Part shown: positions 26,424 to 36,354 of the stretch, piece after piece
Position numbering within the stretch: position 1 is the first letter of the stretch
Layout of the letters: every line of letters begins with the position of its first letter
NCBI GenBank assembly: GCA_028715625.1
Contig: JAQURL010000001.1
Coordinates: 36,345 to 100,344, forward strand
Reading direction: 5' to 3'
DNA from: Candidatus Margulisiibacteriota bacterium
GTDB taxonomy: Bacteria; Margulisbacteria; Riflemargulisbacteria; GWF2-35-9
DNA: 64,000 nucleotides
Translations under genes and position numbers: made by a program
The notes under the pieces: model-generated
Told to the model about the DNA's origin: nothing
The model's database searches: none
What the model saw: only the letters and a program-made list of their open reading frames with translations

Positions 26424-27704
26424 ATGATTATAAAAAAAATCAGGATAAAAAATTATAAATCTATTTATAATTCAGGCCTTATCGAAGTTGGGGCATTAAA
26501 CTGTTTAATAGGCAAGAATAACTCAGGCAAATCAGCGTTCCTGGAAGCCATACATAAAATTAATCCTTATTTACCATCCTCTTCAGCCAGCCTTTATGAT
26601 ATTCTTGACGCCCCTAAAAACAAAACAGATTTTGTTAATGAATCCACAGTTATTGTTGAGGCGGAATTCGAACTCTCCAAGGAAGAAACTGAAATTATTT
26701 ACCTGAAATTCGGAAATCATTGCTTAAAATCAAACCTAATAAAAATTACTAAAAACTACAGCAATCAGTTTGTTTGGGATTTTGAGGTTGATGAGAACGT
26801 TTATATCAATCATATTATTTTTAAACGTCAATTACCTGTAGAATTTGGCAACCTGCTCAAAGATATCGCTACTATTGAAGAATGCCTGACAGAGGCCAGA
26901 AAATTCGAGAACCCGCCTAAAACAGTTACATCCTTTATTAATCAACTGGAAATTCTGCAACTCCGGTCTATGAAAGAAGAAATAATAGATGGATATCTTT
27001 CCTCTTTCCTGCCTAAAATTCATTATTTAAAAACCATACCTGATTTTAATAATAATCTTTCTCTTAAATACATTAATAAAGATCTTTATAGCGATATGAA
27101 CAAGGAGAGCGTCAATCCGTCGACCGCTTTTTGTAAGCTTATAAATGCTGATATTGATGAATTAATTTTCGGAGATGCTACAGAGGTGAAACTAAAGCTG
27201 GAACAAATGGCCGACCAGATTAATAATGAGCTGTTTCATTTATTCCCCGATTTCAAATCATACAGACTTCGCTTTGATAACAAGTACATTGTTGTTGATA
27301 ACAACATAGTAGACTCAATGTTTAAAATTTTTGTAATTGATACATCTAATAATGTTGAAATCCCTATAGAAAAATTCAGCAGTTCGTTTGTCTATATCCT
27401 ATCTTTTATAAGTACTTTACAGTTCTTTAAATTTAAAAGTAAAAACACAATAGTCCTAACAGAAAATCCCGCGCTTATTTTGCACCCTGAAAATCAAAAA
27501 ATTTTCAGAGAAATAATGGAAACAAAAACATCCGAGCAATTCCAGATTTTTTATACCACCCATTCTCCCTTTATGCTTAATAAAAATTCTAAAAATATCT
27601 ATGCTGTTTATCATTCCGCCCAAGATGGAACAACGGTTACCCAAAACGTTGATAAGAAAAATGATGACGGAACGTTAAGGTTGCTGGATTTTGCTGAGAT
27701 TTAA
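26424..27704 (+). CDS. Orphan AAA_21/ABC-type ATPase of the OLD/abortive-infection ATPase family (no Toprim or other nuclease domain)
   Basis: Walker A GKNNSGKSAFLEAI. C-terminal IVLTENPALILHP (OLD-like Walker B/D-loop region with TENP replacing DEPE). H-loop TTHSPFML. Confidence 0.6.
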   Translation: MIIKKIRIKNYKSIYNSGLIEVGALNCLIGKNNSGKSAFLEAIHKINPYLPSSSASLYDILDAPKNKTDFVNESTVIVEAEFELSKEETEIIYLKFGNHCLKSNLIKITKNYSNQFVWDFEVDENVYINHIIFKRQLPVEFGNLLKDIATIEECLTEARKFENPPKTVTSFINQLEILQLRSMKEEIIDGYLSSFLPKIHYLKTIPDFNNNLSLKYINKDLYSDMNKESVNPSTAFCKLINADIDELIFGDATEVKLKLEQMADQINNELFHLFPDFKSYRLRFDNKYIVVDNNIVDSMFKIFVIDTSNNVEIPIEKFSSSFVYILSFISTLQFFKFKSKNTIVLTENPALILHPENQKIFREIMETKTSEQFQIFYTTHSPFMLNKNSKNIYAVYHSAQDGTTVTQNVDKKNDDGTLRLLDFAEI

Positions 27705-27719
27705 AAATCTTGAGGTGTT

Positions 27720-28145
27720 TTAGTTTTTAAATATTCTTCTCAAAACTACGTAAAAAGTTTCTTTTCTGAACGGTTTGACAATATAATAATGTGCACCCAT
27801 CTGCATTGCCTGTATCACTCTGTTCTTGTCTCCAAGAGCTGAAACCATTACTATCTTTGTTTTTGGCTTCATTTTCACCAATTCTGGCAAAACGGCAAGC
27901 CCGTCTTTCTTGGGCATAGTTATATCAAGGGTAATCAGGTCCACATCTTCTGTTATTTTATTCAAAACATCAATAATTTCCTCACCATTGCTGGCTGAAC
28001 CTAAAATATTAAACCCGAAATCACTCAATGTTCGGCTGACTATCTTAACCATAGCCATGGAATCATCTACAATAACGGCAGTTAAGGGTTGACCATTTTC
28101 CTTGGTCCCAATATATTGTATTTCATCGTTAGTATTGATTAACAT
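27720..28145 (-). CDS. CheY-like single-domain response regulator
   Basis: Receiver motifs DDS..., LITLDITMPKKDG, KIVMVSALG. Confidence 0.8.
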   Translation of the reverse strand: MLINTNDEIQYIGTKENGQPLTAVIVDDSMAMVKIVSRTLSDFGFNILGSASNGEEIIDVLNKITEDVDLITLDITMPKKDGLAVLPELVKMKPKTKIVMVSALGDKNRVIQAMQMGAHYYIVKPFRKETFYVVLRRIFKN

Positions 28146-28307
28146 CGTTTCCCCTCTGTTTAGAATATATATTTTTTATAGGTTAACATTAAATTTCATA
28201 TTTTGTCTACATTCTGGAGCATTAAAATTCTTAAAAATTTGATATATTAAAATTTAATAAAGTATGTGCTATGATTAGGTAAATTTCGATAAAATTCATA
28301 AAATAAA

Positions 28308-28904
28308 ATGAAAAAAATATTATTCCTGCTTTTTTTAATTGTCCTATCCTCATCCTTTGGTTTCGTGCATCCCAGACAAGTTAAAATAAAAACCCTTGCA
28401 GAGATGCAAAAAGAACAAATGAATAAACGTATTTTAAGTTCCTATTCTGTCTTTGCCTTATCCGCCGGCAACCTGTTTTATCCGGGCTTTTCCATACAGG
28501 AAGGATTTTATAGCCTTGAGTACGGCCTTATAACCAAAGATTTATTCAGTTATAAATTCAGTTTAGGAGCAGGTTCCAACAAGGATAGCGCCGGCAACAT
28601 TATGAAAACTTATCCGCTGGATTTTGACATTTTAGTCGGTTATGGGATTATGTCTCGAATTGATACTTATTTGGGAGCGGGAGCGGGCTATACAATAATT
28701 CAGGATTATATCAATAAACAGGGACTTAATTACCATTTTATCGGAGGTCTTAACTTTTCTCTTTCCCAACAGTCTTCTTTTTTTATTGAATACAAAAGAT
28801 ATTTTCTAAATATAGATGCTGTTGATTTAAATTCCGAATTACTGAAATTCGGGTTTACTTTTAAATTCTATCCTCAGGCTAATACAATAAATGGTGAAAA
28901 CTAG
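28308..28904 (+). CDS. Putative outer-membrane beta-barrel protein
   Basis: Signal peptide MKKILFLLFLIVLSSSFGF. Alternating hydrophobic beta-strand pattern with Gly/aromatic richness. Confidence 0.4.
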   Translation: MKKILFLLFLIVLSSSFGFVHPRQVKIKTLAEMQKEQMNKRILSSYSVFALSAGNLFYPGFSIQEGFYSLEYGLITKDLFSYKFSLGAGSNKDSAGNIMKTYPLDFDILVGYGIMSRIDTYLGAGAGYTIIQDYINKQGLNYHFIGGLNFSLSQQSSFFIEYKRYFLNIDAVDLNSELLKFGFTFKFYPQANTINGEN

Positions 28905-28959
28905 TTATTCATATCCTTATATGATATGATAAAATAAAATAAAAAGGGGTGGTGATTAA

Positions 28960-29331
28960 ATGGTTCTTGATTTAAATGTGTCCATGAGAGAGAAAAACAA
29001 TATACCGATTATAGACCTGGAGGGTGAGATTGACGTTTATACCTATCCAAAGTTAAGTGATGCCTTGAAAATAATTTTTGAGAAATATCCAAGCACTAAA
29101 GATTTGATAATTAACCTGGGGAATGTTCGTTATATAGACAGTACCGGGTTGGGCGTAATTGCCAATGGGGCCAGTCAAATCTCAAAAATATCCAACGGTT
29201 ATGTTACTATCATCAATGCAACCCCGCAAATACGAAAAATATTTGATGTGTCAGGTCTGATATCGACGAACTTTAATCTTTATGACAATGAAGATACAGC
29301 TCTAAATCAAATCAACAGCAAGAACAGTTAA
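28960..29331 (+). CDS. STAS-domain anti-sigma-factor antagonist (SpoIIAA/RsbV-like)
   Basis: YIDSTGLGVIANG phosphorylatable Ser/Thr region. Confidence 0.8.
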   Translation: MVLDLNVSMREKNNIPIIDLEGEIDVYTYPKLSDALKIIFEKYPSTKDLIINLGNVRYIDSTGLGVIANGASQISKISNGYVTIINATPQIRKIFDVSGLISTNFNLYDNEDTALNQINSKNS

Positions 29332-29346
29332 AAAGGAGGGGCCAGC

Positions 29347-29775
29347 ATGGTTGAACCGATAAAAATTGAGTTATCTATCCCCAGTTTATCTGATTACGTA
29401 GGAGTAGCTCGTTTGGCTGCCTCCGGTATTGCAAATCGTATGAAGTTTACTCATGAGGATATTGAAGATATAAAGATCGCTGTTTCTGAAGCTTGCACCA
29501 ATGCCGTGCAATATGCCTACGGAGACAAAATTGGGGAAATTAAAATTATTTTCCTCATCCACGATGACTTTCTGGAGATAAAGGTTGTCGATCACGGAAG
29601 AGGATTTGAGGTAAATGAACAGTCTGAAAATAATTTATCTGACCCCGATAAAATCGGACTGGGACTGGGAATTGTATTCATGCGCAGTTTAATGGACAAA
29701 GTCACCCATACCTCTACGCCGGACAAGGGAACTGAAGTCATTATGATCAAAAAACTCCCTGTCAAAAATGACTGA
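29347..29775 (+). CDS. Anti-sigma regulatory factor, Ser/Thr kinase (SpoIIAB/RsbW-like HATPase_c)
   Basis: N-box EACTNAVQYAY. G-boxes HGRGFE, GLGLGIVFM. Confidence 0.75.
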   Translation: MVEPIKIELSIPSLSDYVGVARLAASGIANRMKFTHEDIEDIKIAVSEACTNAVQYAYGDKIGEIKIIFLIHDDFLEIKVVDHGRGFEVNEQSENNLSDPDKIGLGLGIVFMRSLMDKVTHTSTPDKGTEVIMIKKLPVKND

Positions 29776-29791
29776 TTAGTCCATAGCTTTA

Positions 29792-29977
29792 ATGTTAGTT
29801 GTTATTGGTCTTCTTAATTTAATCGCAATTGGTATAGGAACCATGCTGATTAATCTCTCCGAAGGAGAGTCTATTATAAGCATGGTTTCTTTCTGGATAG
29901 GCATAGTAATAATCATTGGTAGTTTGTATTTTTTCGGACTTTCCATCTTTGCTCCAAACATAGCGGGAATATCATAA
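29792..29977 (+). CDS. Small hydrophobic membrane protein (2 TM)
   Basis: Entirely hydrophobic 61-aa ORF following the partner-switch pair. Confidence 0.3.
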   Translation: MLVVIGLLNLIAIGIGTMLINLSEGESIISMVSFWIGIVIIIGSLYFFGLSIFAPNIAGIS

Positions 29978-30163
29978 ATTTTCATTAAAAATTTAATACC
30001 TCACTATTGGCGAATTAAGCCTGCCGTGCTAAACTATGACCTAATTTTTTAAAGCTCTAAGGAGCTAAATACACATATTTACCCTTTGTTAAATAGCGTG
30101 TGGCAAAAATTGCTGCTGTTTAAACCAGGTAAATAGAGGAAAAACAAAATCGGAGGTTTTTAA

Positions 30164-31147
30164 ATGACAGAGAAAAATGTAACGGAAGAAATTAAGGAAA
30201 ACGAAAAGGAACAGGAAAAGGTTGCAAAAAAAGAAGCAGTACCCAGTATAGCTCCCAAAAAAATCATCCCGGAAAAAGTCGTTTCCATGAGGCAACTCCT
30301 GGAAACCGGAGTTCATTTCGGGCATCAGACCAGACGCTGGAACCCAAAAATGAAACCTTATATTTATACTTCACGTAATGATATACATGTTATAGATTTA
30401 CAAAAAACATTGGTTTATATTAATAAAGCTTATGATTTTATCAAGGAAAAAGTTTCCAAAGGCGCTACAATTTTATTTATCGGCACCAAAAAACAGGCAC
30501 AATCCGCAATAGAAGAAGAAGCAAAGCGTTGTGGTATGCCCTATGTCAGCAACCGCTGGCTGGGTGGAATGCTTACGAATTTCGAAACAATAAAAAAATC
30601 AGTAAATAGAATGAAAGAAATAGAAACCTGGAAAGAAAACGGCTTGTTTGATTCATTGGCTATTAAAGAACAGTCTGTATTATCAAAAAAATGCAGTAAA
30701 ATTCAGTTCCATCTTAATGGCATGAGAGAAATGGTCAAATTGCCGGACATAGTCTTTATCGTAGATACAAAAAAAGAAGAAATTGCCGTTCATGAAGCTA
30801 ATGTTTTAAAAATTCCTATTGTCGGCATTGTAGATACTAACTGTGATCCGGATTTAATAAACCATCCTATCCCAGCTAATGATGATGCAATTAGAACAAT
30901 TAAGCTTCTGGCCAGTATAATTGCCAATGCTGTGCTGGAAGGAAAGAAGCTTCTGCCTGTGACCGGCGACGAAGCAATAACCAAAGAACTGGAAAATGTT
31001 TTAGTTTCTGCTGCGCCTGAGGCATCTGTGCCAGCCGAAACTGCTGCAGCACCTTTGGCTGAGGAAGTGCCTATGGACCAGGATGACTTTGAAAAAAGTC
31101 TTGAATTACAGGAAATGTATGAAGACATGAATGTAGTGGAGGATTAA
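30164..31147 (+). CDS. rpsB: 30S ribosomal protein S2 with Lys/Glu-rich N-terminal extension and acidic C-terminal extension
   Basis: Core LLETGVHFGHQTRRWNPKM. GGAGG RBS before 30164. Alternative internal start at 30287. Confidence 0.85.
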   Translation: MTEKNVTEEIKENEKEQEKVAKKEAVPSIAPKKIIPEKVVSMRQLLETGVHFGHQTRRWNPKMKPYIYTSRNDIHVIDLQKTLVYINKAYDFIKEKVSKGATILFIGTKKQAQSAIEEEAKRCGMPYVSNRWLGGMLTNFETIKKSVNRMKEIETWKENGLFDSLAIKEQSVLSKKCSKIQFHLNGMREMVKLPDIVFIVDTKKEEIAVHEANVLKIPIVGIVDTNCDPDLINHPIPANDDAIRTIKLLASIIANAVLEGKKLLPVTGDEAITKELENVLVSAAPEASVPAETAAAPLAEEVPMDQDDFEKSLELQEMYEDMNVVED

Positions 31148-31151
31148 GCAA

Positions 31152-32003
31152 ATGGCCAATATAACTAACGCTCAAATACAGGAATTAAGAGTTAAAACAA
31201 ATGCCGGAATGATGGATTGCAAAAGAGCTCTTCAGGAATGCAACGGAGACATGGAACAGGCTGCAGACCTTTTGCGTAAAAAAGGAATTGCTAAAGCCTC
31301 GAAAAGAAGCGAACGCGAAGCCAGAGAAGGTATTATTAAAATTCTTCTGAACACCTCTAAAGATGAAGCTTATATGGTCGAATTGAATTCTGAAACCGAC
31401 TTTGTTTCCAGAAATGAAAATTTCCAAAATCTGGCAGGTGAGTTATTGAAATTGTTGGAAAAAAATAAAAGCAAGGATATGGAAACATTTGCTGCTGTTA
31501 AATATGACTCCAAGAAAACTGTAAAGGACGCAGTTGATGAGCTTGGTGGTGTTATTGGGGAAAAAATAATTTTAAACAGGATCTACTCAACAAACGTAAG
31601 CGCTAATGATTGTTTGGGTGCTTATGTACATTCCAACAATAAAATCGGTGTAATTGTAAACTTAATAAACGGCAAAGGCAATGAAGACCTTGCCAAGGAT
31701 ATCAGCATGCATATAGCCGCCTCCAACCCAAGCGGTATTAGTGTTAATGATATACCTGCAGCTGATATTGCCAAAGAAAAGGAAGTTTTAAGGACACAAA
31801 TTATTAATGAAGGCAAGCCGGAGAATATGGCAGACAAGATAGTTGAGGGAAAAATCAGAAAATATTACGAGGAAGTTTGTTTGCTGGAACAAAATTTTGT
31901 TAAAGACCCCAATGTTAAAGTTAAAGATATACTTGCTGAAGCCAGCAAAAAAGCAGGTAAAAATGTATCGGTAAAAAGTTTTATTCGTTTTGCTATCGGT
32001 TAA
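31152..32003 (+). CDS. tsf: Elongation factor Ts
   Basis: N-terminal UBA-like LRVKTNAGMMDCKRALQECNGDMEQAADLLRKKG; follows rpsB. Confidence 0.9.
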   Translation: MANITNAQIQELRVKTNAGMMDCKRALQECNGDMEQAADLLRKKGIAKASKRSEREAREGIIKILLNTSKDEAYMVELNSETDFVSRNENFQNLAGELLKLLEKNKSKDMETFAAVKYDSKKTVKDAVDELGGVIGEKIILNRIYSTNVSANDCLGAYVHSNNKIGVIVNLINGKGNEDLAKDISMHIAASNPSGISVNDIPAADIAKEKEVLRTQIINEGKPENMADKIVEGKIRKYYEEVCLLEQNFVKDPNVKVKDILAEASKKAGKNVSVKSFIRFAIG

Positions 32004-32022
32004 ACAAGTAAAGGACATTAAT

Positions 32023-33183
32023 ATGGAATCGCTAAGTAAATATAAAAAAGTTCGCAGAGCTTACGGATTAGATGAAATTGCCCTCGTTCCCCAAAAAACA
32101 ACAATTGATATGAATGATGTAGATATCTCGGTAAAAATAGCCGGATTAGAATTAAAGGTACCTATTATCGGTTCGGCAATGGATGGCGTTATTGATACCA
32201 AAACAGCAATACTTATGGGCAAACTCGGCGGATTGGGCATTTTAAATCTGCATGGTGTCCAAACCCGTTACGATAATCCGGATCAGATACTGGAAAAAAT
32301 TTCTTCTGTTTCCAATACTGAATATGTGGAATTAATGCAAAAAATATATCAGGAACCCATTAAAGAAGAACTGATTACTAAAAGAATAAAAGAAATTAAA
32401 TCTAATGGCGCTTATGCTGTTGTCAGTTCAATTCCACAAGATGCCGATCGTTTTGGTAAAATCGCAGAAAAGGCTGGGGCTGATGCTTTTCTTGTACAGT
32501 CAACAGTCGTTTCCGTTGAACATTTTTCAACTCATTATGGCGCCCTTGACCTTTCCAGACTAGTCAAAGAGCTCAAAATACCGGTTATGGTCGGTAATTG
32601 TACTGCCTACGAAACGACACTAAGCCTTATGAAAACAGGTGTGGCTGCGATATTTATAGGTGTAGGCCCAGGAGCAGCATGTACATCCCGTGGAGTATTG
32701 GGAATCGGGGTACCTATGGCTACTGCGGTTGCTGATGCCACTGACGCAAGGACAGATTATTTCAGAGATACGAATCGTTATGTACCTATTATTGCTGATG
32801 GTGGTATTGCTACCGGCGGAGATATTTGCAAAGCTATTGCCTGTGGAGCTGATGCCGTTATGATCGGTTCTCCACTGGCTAAATCAAAAGAAGCTCCCGG
32901 ACGGGGCTATCACTGGGGTATGGCAACACCCAATGCTACCCTGCCCCGTGGCACCAGAATAAAAGTAGGGACCATAGGCTCCCTGGAATCAATTATCCAT
33001 GGACCTGCGGTTTATGATGACGGTACCCAGAACTTTTCCGGTGCGCTAAAAACATCAATGGGAACTTTAGGTGCAAGAAATATTAAAGAAATGCAGGATA
33101 TAGAAATTATTATCGCTCCTTCTCTGCTTACCGAAGGAAAAGTTTATCAAAGAGCTCAGCAGTTAGGGATGTACCATAAATAA
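32023..33183 (+). CDS. guaB: IMP dehydrogenase/GMP reductase family protein lacking the CBS subdomain (guaB-like)
   Basis: [11 protein letters not shown] (= FDDVLLVP). Catalytic Cys loop region. Directly upstream of and overlapping guaA. About 387 aa with no room for the CBS pair. Confidence 0.7.
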   Translation: MESLSKYKKVRRAYGLDEIALVPQKTTIDMNDVDISVKIAGLELKVPIIGSAMDGVIDTKTAILMGKLGGLGILNLHGVQTRYDNPDQILEKISSVSNTEYVELMQKIYQEPIKEELITKRIKEIKSNGAYAVVSSIPQDADRFGKIAEKAGADAFLVQSTVVSVEHFSTHYGALDLSRLVKELKIPVMVGNCTAYETTLSLMKTGVAAIFIGVGPGAACTSRGVLGIGVPMATAVADATDARTDYFRDTNRYVPIIADGGIATGGDICKAIACGADAVMIGSPLAKSKEAPGRGYHWGMATPNATLPRGTRIKVGTIGSLESIIHGPAVYDDGTQNFSGALKTSMGTLGARNIKEMQDIEIIIAPSLLTEGKVYQRAQQLGMYHK

Positions 33184-34718
33184 TGCTATTAATTCTTGAT
33201 TTCGGTTCTCAATATTCAAAACTTATAGCCAGACGTGTCAGGGAATGTAAAGTTTATTGCGAAATCATTCCCGGAGATTCTTCTCTGGAAAAAATAAAAG
33301 CTCATAACCCCGAAGCTATTATTCTTTCAGGTGGACCATCTTCAGTTTATGATGATAATGCTCCCAAATGCGATAAAGAAATTTTCAAATTGGGCATACC
33401 AATTTTAGGCATCTGTTATGGTCTGCAGTTAATGGCTTATTTGTTAGGTGGAGAAGTTGTTCATTTTAAAAAACATGAGTATGGAAAAACAGAGTTGATT
33501 ATCGATGACAGCTCAGACCTTTTTTCGGGAATTTGGGAAAATATTACTGTATGGATGAGCCATGGTGACAGTGTTACCAAACTCCCGCCAGGCTTCGGGA
33601 AAATCGCCCATTCCGATAATACTCCTTTTGCCGCTGTTGCCAATAAAGAAAAAAAATTCTATGGTGTTCAGTTCCATCCTGAGGTTGTGCACACTCAGCA
33701 GGGGACGGATATTATTAAAAATTTTGTTTATAATATTTCCGGACTATCTCCATCCTGGAACATGAAAAATTTTGTTGAAGAAACAATTGAAGAAATCAGA
33801 CAAACAGTAGGTAAAGAAAAAGTTTTGTTAGCTTTGAGCGGAGGTGTAGACTCCACCACCACAGCTGTCCTTTTGCAAAAAGCTATAGGAGACCAGTTGG
33901 TTTGTATGTTTATAGACCAGGGATTTATGCGAAAAAATGAAGCGCAAAAAATTGTTGAACTGTTTAATAAACATTTTAAAATCAGACTTATACACATTGA
34001 TGCTTCCATACAATTCTTTGAAAAAATCAAAGATGTTATTGATCCGGAGCAAAAAAGGAAAATTATCGGGCATGAATTTATTCATACTTTTGAGGTGGAG
34101 GCAAAAAAACTTAAAGGCAATATTCCTTTTCTAGCACAAGGCACTTTATATCCTGATGTTATTGAAAGTGCGACAACTGGTGTTTCTAAAAACGCAGCTA
34201 AAATAAAAACGCATCATAATGTTGGCGGTTTGCCTGAAAAAATGAATTTCAAAATAATCGAACCTTTAAAAAAACTTTTTAAAGATGAAGTACGACAAGT
34301 AGGAGTTGAACTGGGGGTCCCTGAAACTATTGTTTTTCGTCAGCCCTTCCCGGGCCCTGGCTTAGCCATCAGGATTATCGGCGAAGTTACACCCGAAAGA
34401 GTTAAAGTTGTTCAGGAAGCTGATGACATAGTAATGGCTGAAATCAAAAAAGCCGGACTATATCGCAAGCTCTGGCAGGCCTTTGCGGTCCTGCTGCCTA
34501 TCCGTTCAGTGGGTGTAATGGGTGATAAACGTACATATTTAAGCACTATTGCTGTTCGTGTGGTAACGAGTGAAGACGCCATGACTGCTAATTGGGCTCA
34601 TCTGCCCTATGATGTGCTGGGAACGATATCTAACCGGATCATAAACGAGATCCCGGAGGTAAATCGCGTAGTATATGATATCACCTCCAAGCCACCTTCC
34701 ACTATTGAGTGGGAATAA
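33183..34718 (+). CDS. guaA: GMP synthase (glutamine-hydrolysing)
   Basis: GATase [12 protein letters not shown]-loop [12 protein letters not shown]-terminal dimerisation domain ending PPSTIEWE. Confidence 0.9.
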   Translation: MLLILDFGSQYSKLIARRVRECKVYCEIIPGDSSLEKIKAHNPEAIILSGGPSSVYDDNAPKCDKEIFKLGIPILGICYGLQLMAYLLGGEVVHFKKHEYGKTELIIDDSSDLFSGIWENITVWMSHGDSVTKLPPGFGKIAHSDNTPFAAVANKEKKFYGVQFHPEVVHTQQGTDIIKNFVYNISGLSPSWNMKNFVEETIEEIRQTVGKEKVLLALSGGVDSTTTAVLLQKAIGDQLVCMFIDQGFMRKNEAQKIVELFNKHFKIRLIHIDASIQFFEKIKDVIDPEQKRKIIGHEFIHTFEVEAKKLKGNIPFLAQGTLYPDVIESATTGVSKNAAKIKTHHNVGGLPEKMNFKIIEPLKKLFKDEVRQVGVELGVPETIVFRQPFPGPGLAIRIIGEVTPERVKVVQEADDIVMAEIKKAGLYRKLWQAFAVLLPIRSVGVMGDKRTYLSTIAVRVVTSEDAMTANWAHLPYDVLGTISNRIINEIPEVNRVVYDITSKPPSTIEWE

Positions 34719-34733
34719 AAACTATCAATTACC

Positions 34734-35495
34734 TTATTCAGCTTTTACATCGCCTTCTAAAGTAATAACCAGCTTTCTGATTGCTATATCTTTGCCTGAC
34801 AACTTAACCGCTTCTTCAGCTATTCTATACAAGCCTGAACAGCAGGGAACAATCATAATCGCTACGGTTAATGAATAGATCACGTTTTGTTTGATTATCT
34901 CAGCTATTTTCGTAATATAACTCTCACTGTTATCCAGCTTCGGACAGGCAATTACCAGCTTTTTGCCTTTTAATAACTTGCCGTGAAAATTATTCAGGGC
35001 AAAAGCTGTACAATCAGCAGCAATCAACAGGTCCGATTTATTGAAATATGGCGCTTGCGGTGAAACCAACTGAAGTTGTATCGGCCACTGGCTAAGTTCG
35101 GACATTAAATTATCATTACCGTTACTATTTTGTTCAGTAGAAACCTTCTTTTTGATTTCTTTGGCCATAGTACCGGGGCATCCGCAAGCCAGTTTCGGTG
35201 ATTCTTTCTCTTGCGCTCCATGAACAAGTTTGGCCGCAGCTTCTCCCTGCGATTTCAAGACATGCTCATATGTTATTTGAGGATTGTAATCCTCGCTATC
35301 TCTTTCCACCACTTTTAGGGCTCCTGTGGGGCAAACATCAAGGCAGGCACCCAGCCCATCACAAAAAATCTCCCTTATAAGTACTGCTTTGCCTTCATTA
35401 TCAAGCTCAAGAGCTCCCTCTGCACAAGCTTTAGTACATAATCCACAGCCATTACAACTATCCCGGTCAATTTCAATAATCTTTCTCAGGCCCAT
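34734..35495 (-). CDS. 4Fe-4S dicluster domain protein with C-terminal Cys-rich domain
   Basis: Two CxxCxxCxxxCP ferredoxin motifs (CNGCGLCTKACAEG, CDGLGACLDVCPTG), with additional Cys pairs downstream. Confidence 0.6.
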   Translation of the reverse strand: MGLRKIIEIDRDSCNGCGLCTKACAEGALELDNEGKAVLIREIFCDGLGACLDVCPTGALKVVERDSEDYNPQITYEHVLKSQGEAAAKLVHGAQEKESPKLACGCPGTMAKEIKKKVSTEQNSNGNDNLMSELSQWPIQLQLVSPQAPYFNKSDLLIAADCTAFALNNFHGKLLKGKKLVIACPKLDNSESYITKIAEIIKQNVIYSLTVAIMIVPCCSGLYRIAEEAVKLSGKDIAIRKLVITLEGDVKAE

Positions 35496-35530
35496 AATCT
35501 CACTCCTGTTAGCGAGCGCATCAGCTGATG

Positions 35531-35737
35531 CTACTTTTTCTTGCTTGCCAGGGTCAAATCTTCAATTTCTTTTAATACAGCGTCAACATCCAGACCATGA
35601 GCGGCCAAGCCCTCACCGATTGTTTCAGAATGTGCCAGCATACAACCCAAGCATCCAACTCCATGCTTCTGCATAATCGAAATTGAATCGGGATATTCGT
35701 TTAACATATCTATAATCTTCATATCTTTAGAAATCAT
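35531..35737 (-). CDS. DUF1858 (hybrid-cluster-protein-associated redox disulfide) domain protein
   Basis: ...GVGCLGCMLAHSETIGEGLAAHGLDVD... matches the DUF1858 CxxC core. Confidence 0.65.
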   Translation of the reverse strand: MISKDMKIIDMLNEYPDSISIMQKHGVGCLGCMLAHSETIGEGLAAHGLDVDAVLKEIEDLTLASKKK

Positions 35738-35833
35738 GCTGTAACCTCCTTTCAGGTGAGTATATTATAAAAGCTTTAAAAATAAATTCAATAAAAATTA
35801 TCAATTACAGTAAATTTTGTACGATAATATATT

Positions 35834-36322
35834 ATGAAATATAAAATTATCGGACTGCTAAATTCCTCTTTACCTTTTATACCTGAAAAAACCAGGATAA
35901 TTATTAAACCCAACGAAATAAAATGGCTTTTCGGACAAATTACCAATAAACATCCTGAAAATGTTCATTTCATATATACAAACATTTCAGGCTATCTGTT
36001 CCTGATTATAAAGGATGAGCAAATCTGGTTAAACTTGCATAAAAAAATATCTTTTCGCTATCGACATCTGATTGCTCCAAACACCGGTGATAATGAACCT
36101 ACTGTGGAAAATAATGAAGGCTACATTTATTGCACTAAAAAAAGCAAGAATCAGGCTTTAAAAGAAAAAATGGAACGTTTTGACTATACAATCCATAAAC
36201 CTGTTTTCCCTCAAGTCCTTGCCCCCGGTATTTGGTTTGTTCCCGGAATGCTGCTAAGTGAAAAGGAAATAAATATTCAAAAAAATTTATTAAAGTTCTT
36301 AAGTAATAACCTCGGAATATAG
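35834..36322 (+). CDS. Hypothetical protein
   Basis: ORF only; no motif recognised. Confidence 0.3.
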   Translation: MKYKIIGLLNSSLPFIPEKTRIIIKPNEIKWLFGQITNKHPENVHFIYTNISGYLFLIIKDEQIWLNLHKKISFRYRHLIAPNTGDNEPTVENNEGYIYCTKKSKNQALKEKMERFDYTIHKPVFPQVLAPGIWFVPGMLLSEKEINIQKNLLKFLSNNLGI

Positions 36323-36354
36323 CAAGCATTCTTCTTACCGTCTATAATATAACT

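Noticed and set aside
35198-35676. Two GC-rich plus-strand ORFs (60 and 116 aa)
   Set aside because: They lie antisense and out of frame over the well-supported minus-strand 4Fe-4S gene. They are Ala/Pro/Ser-rich low-complexity translations typical of antisense GC-rich DNA.
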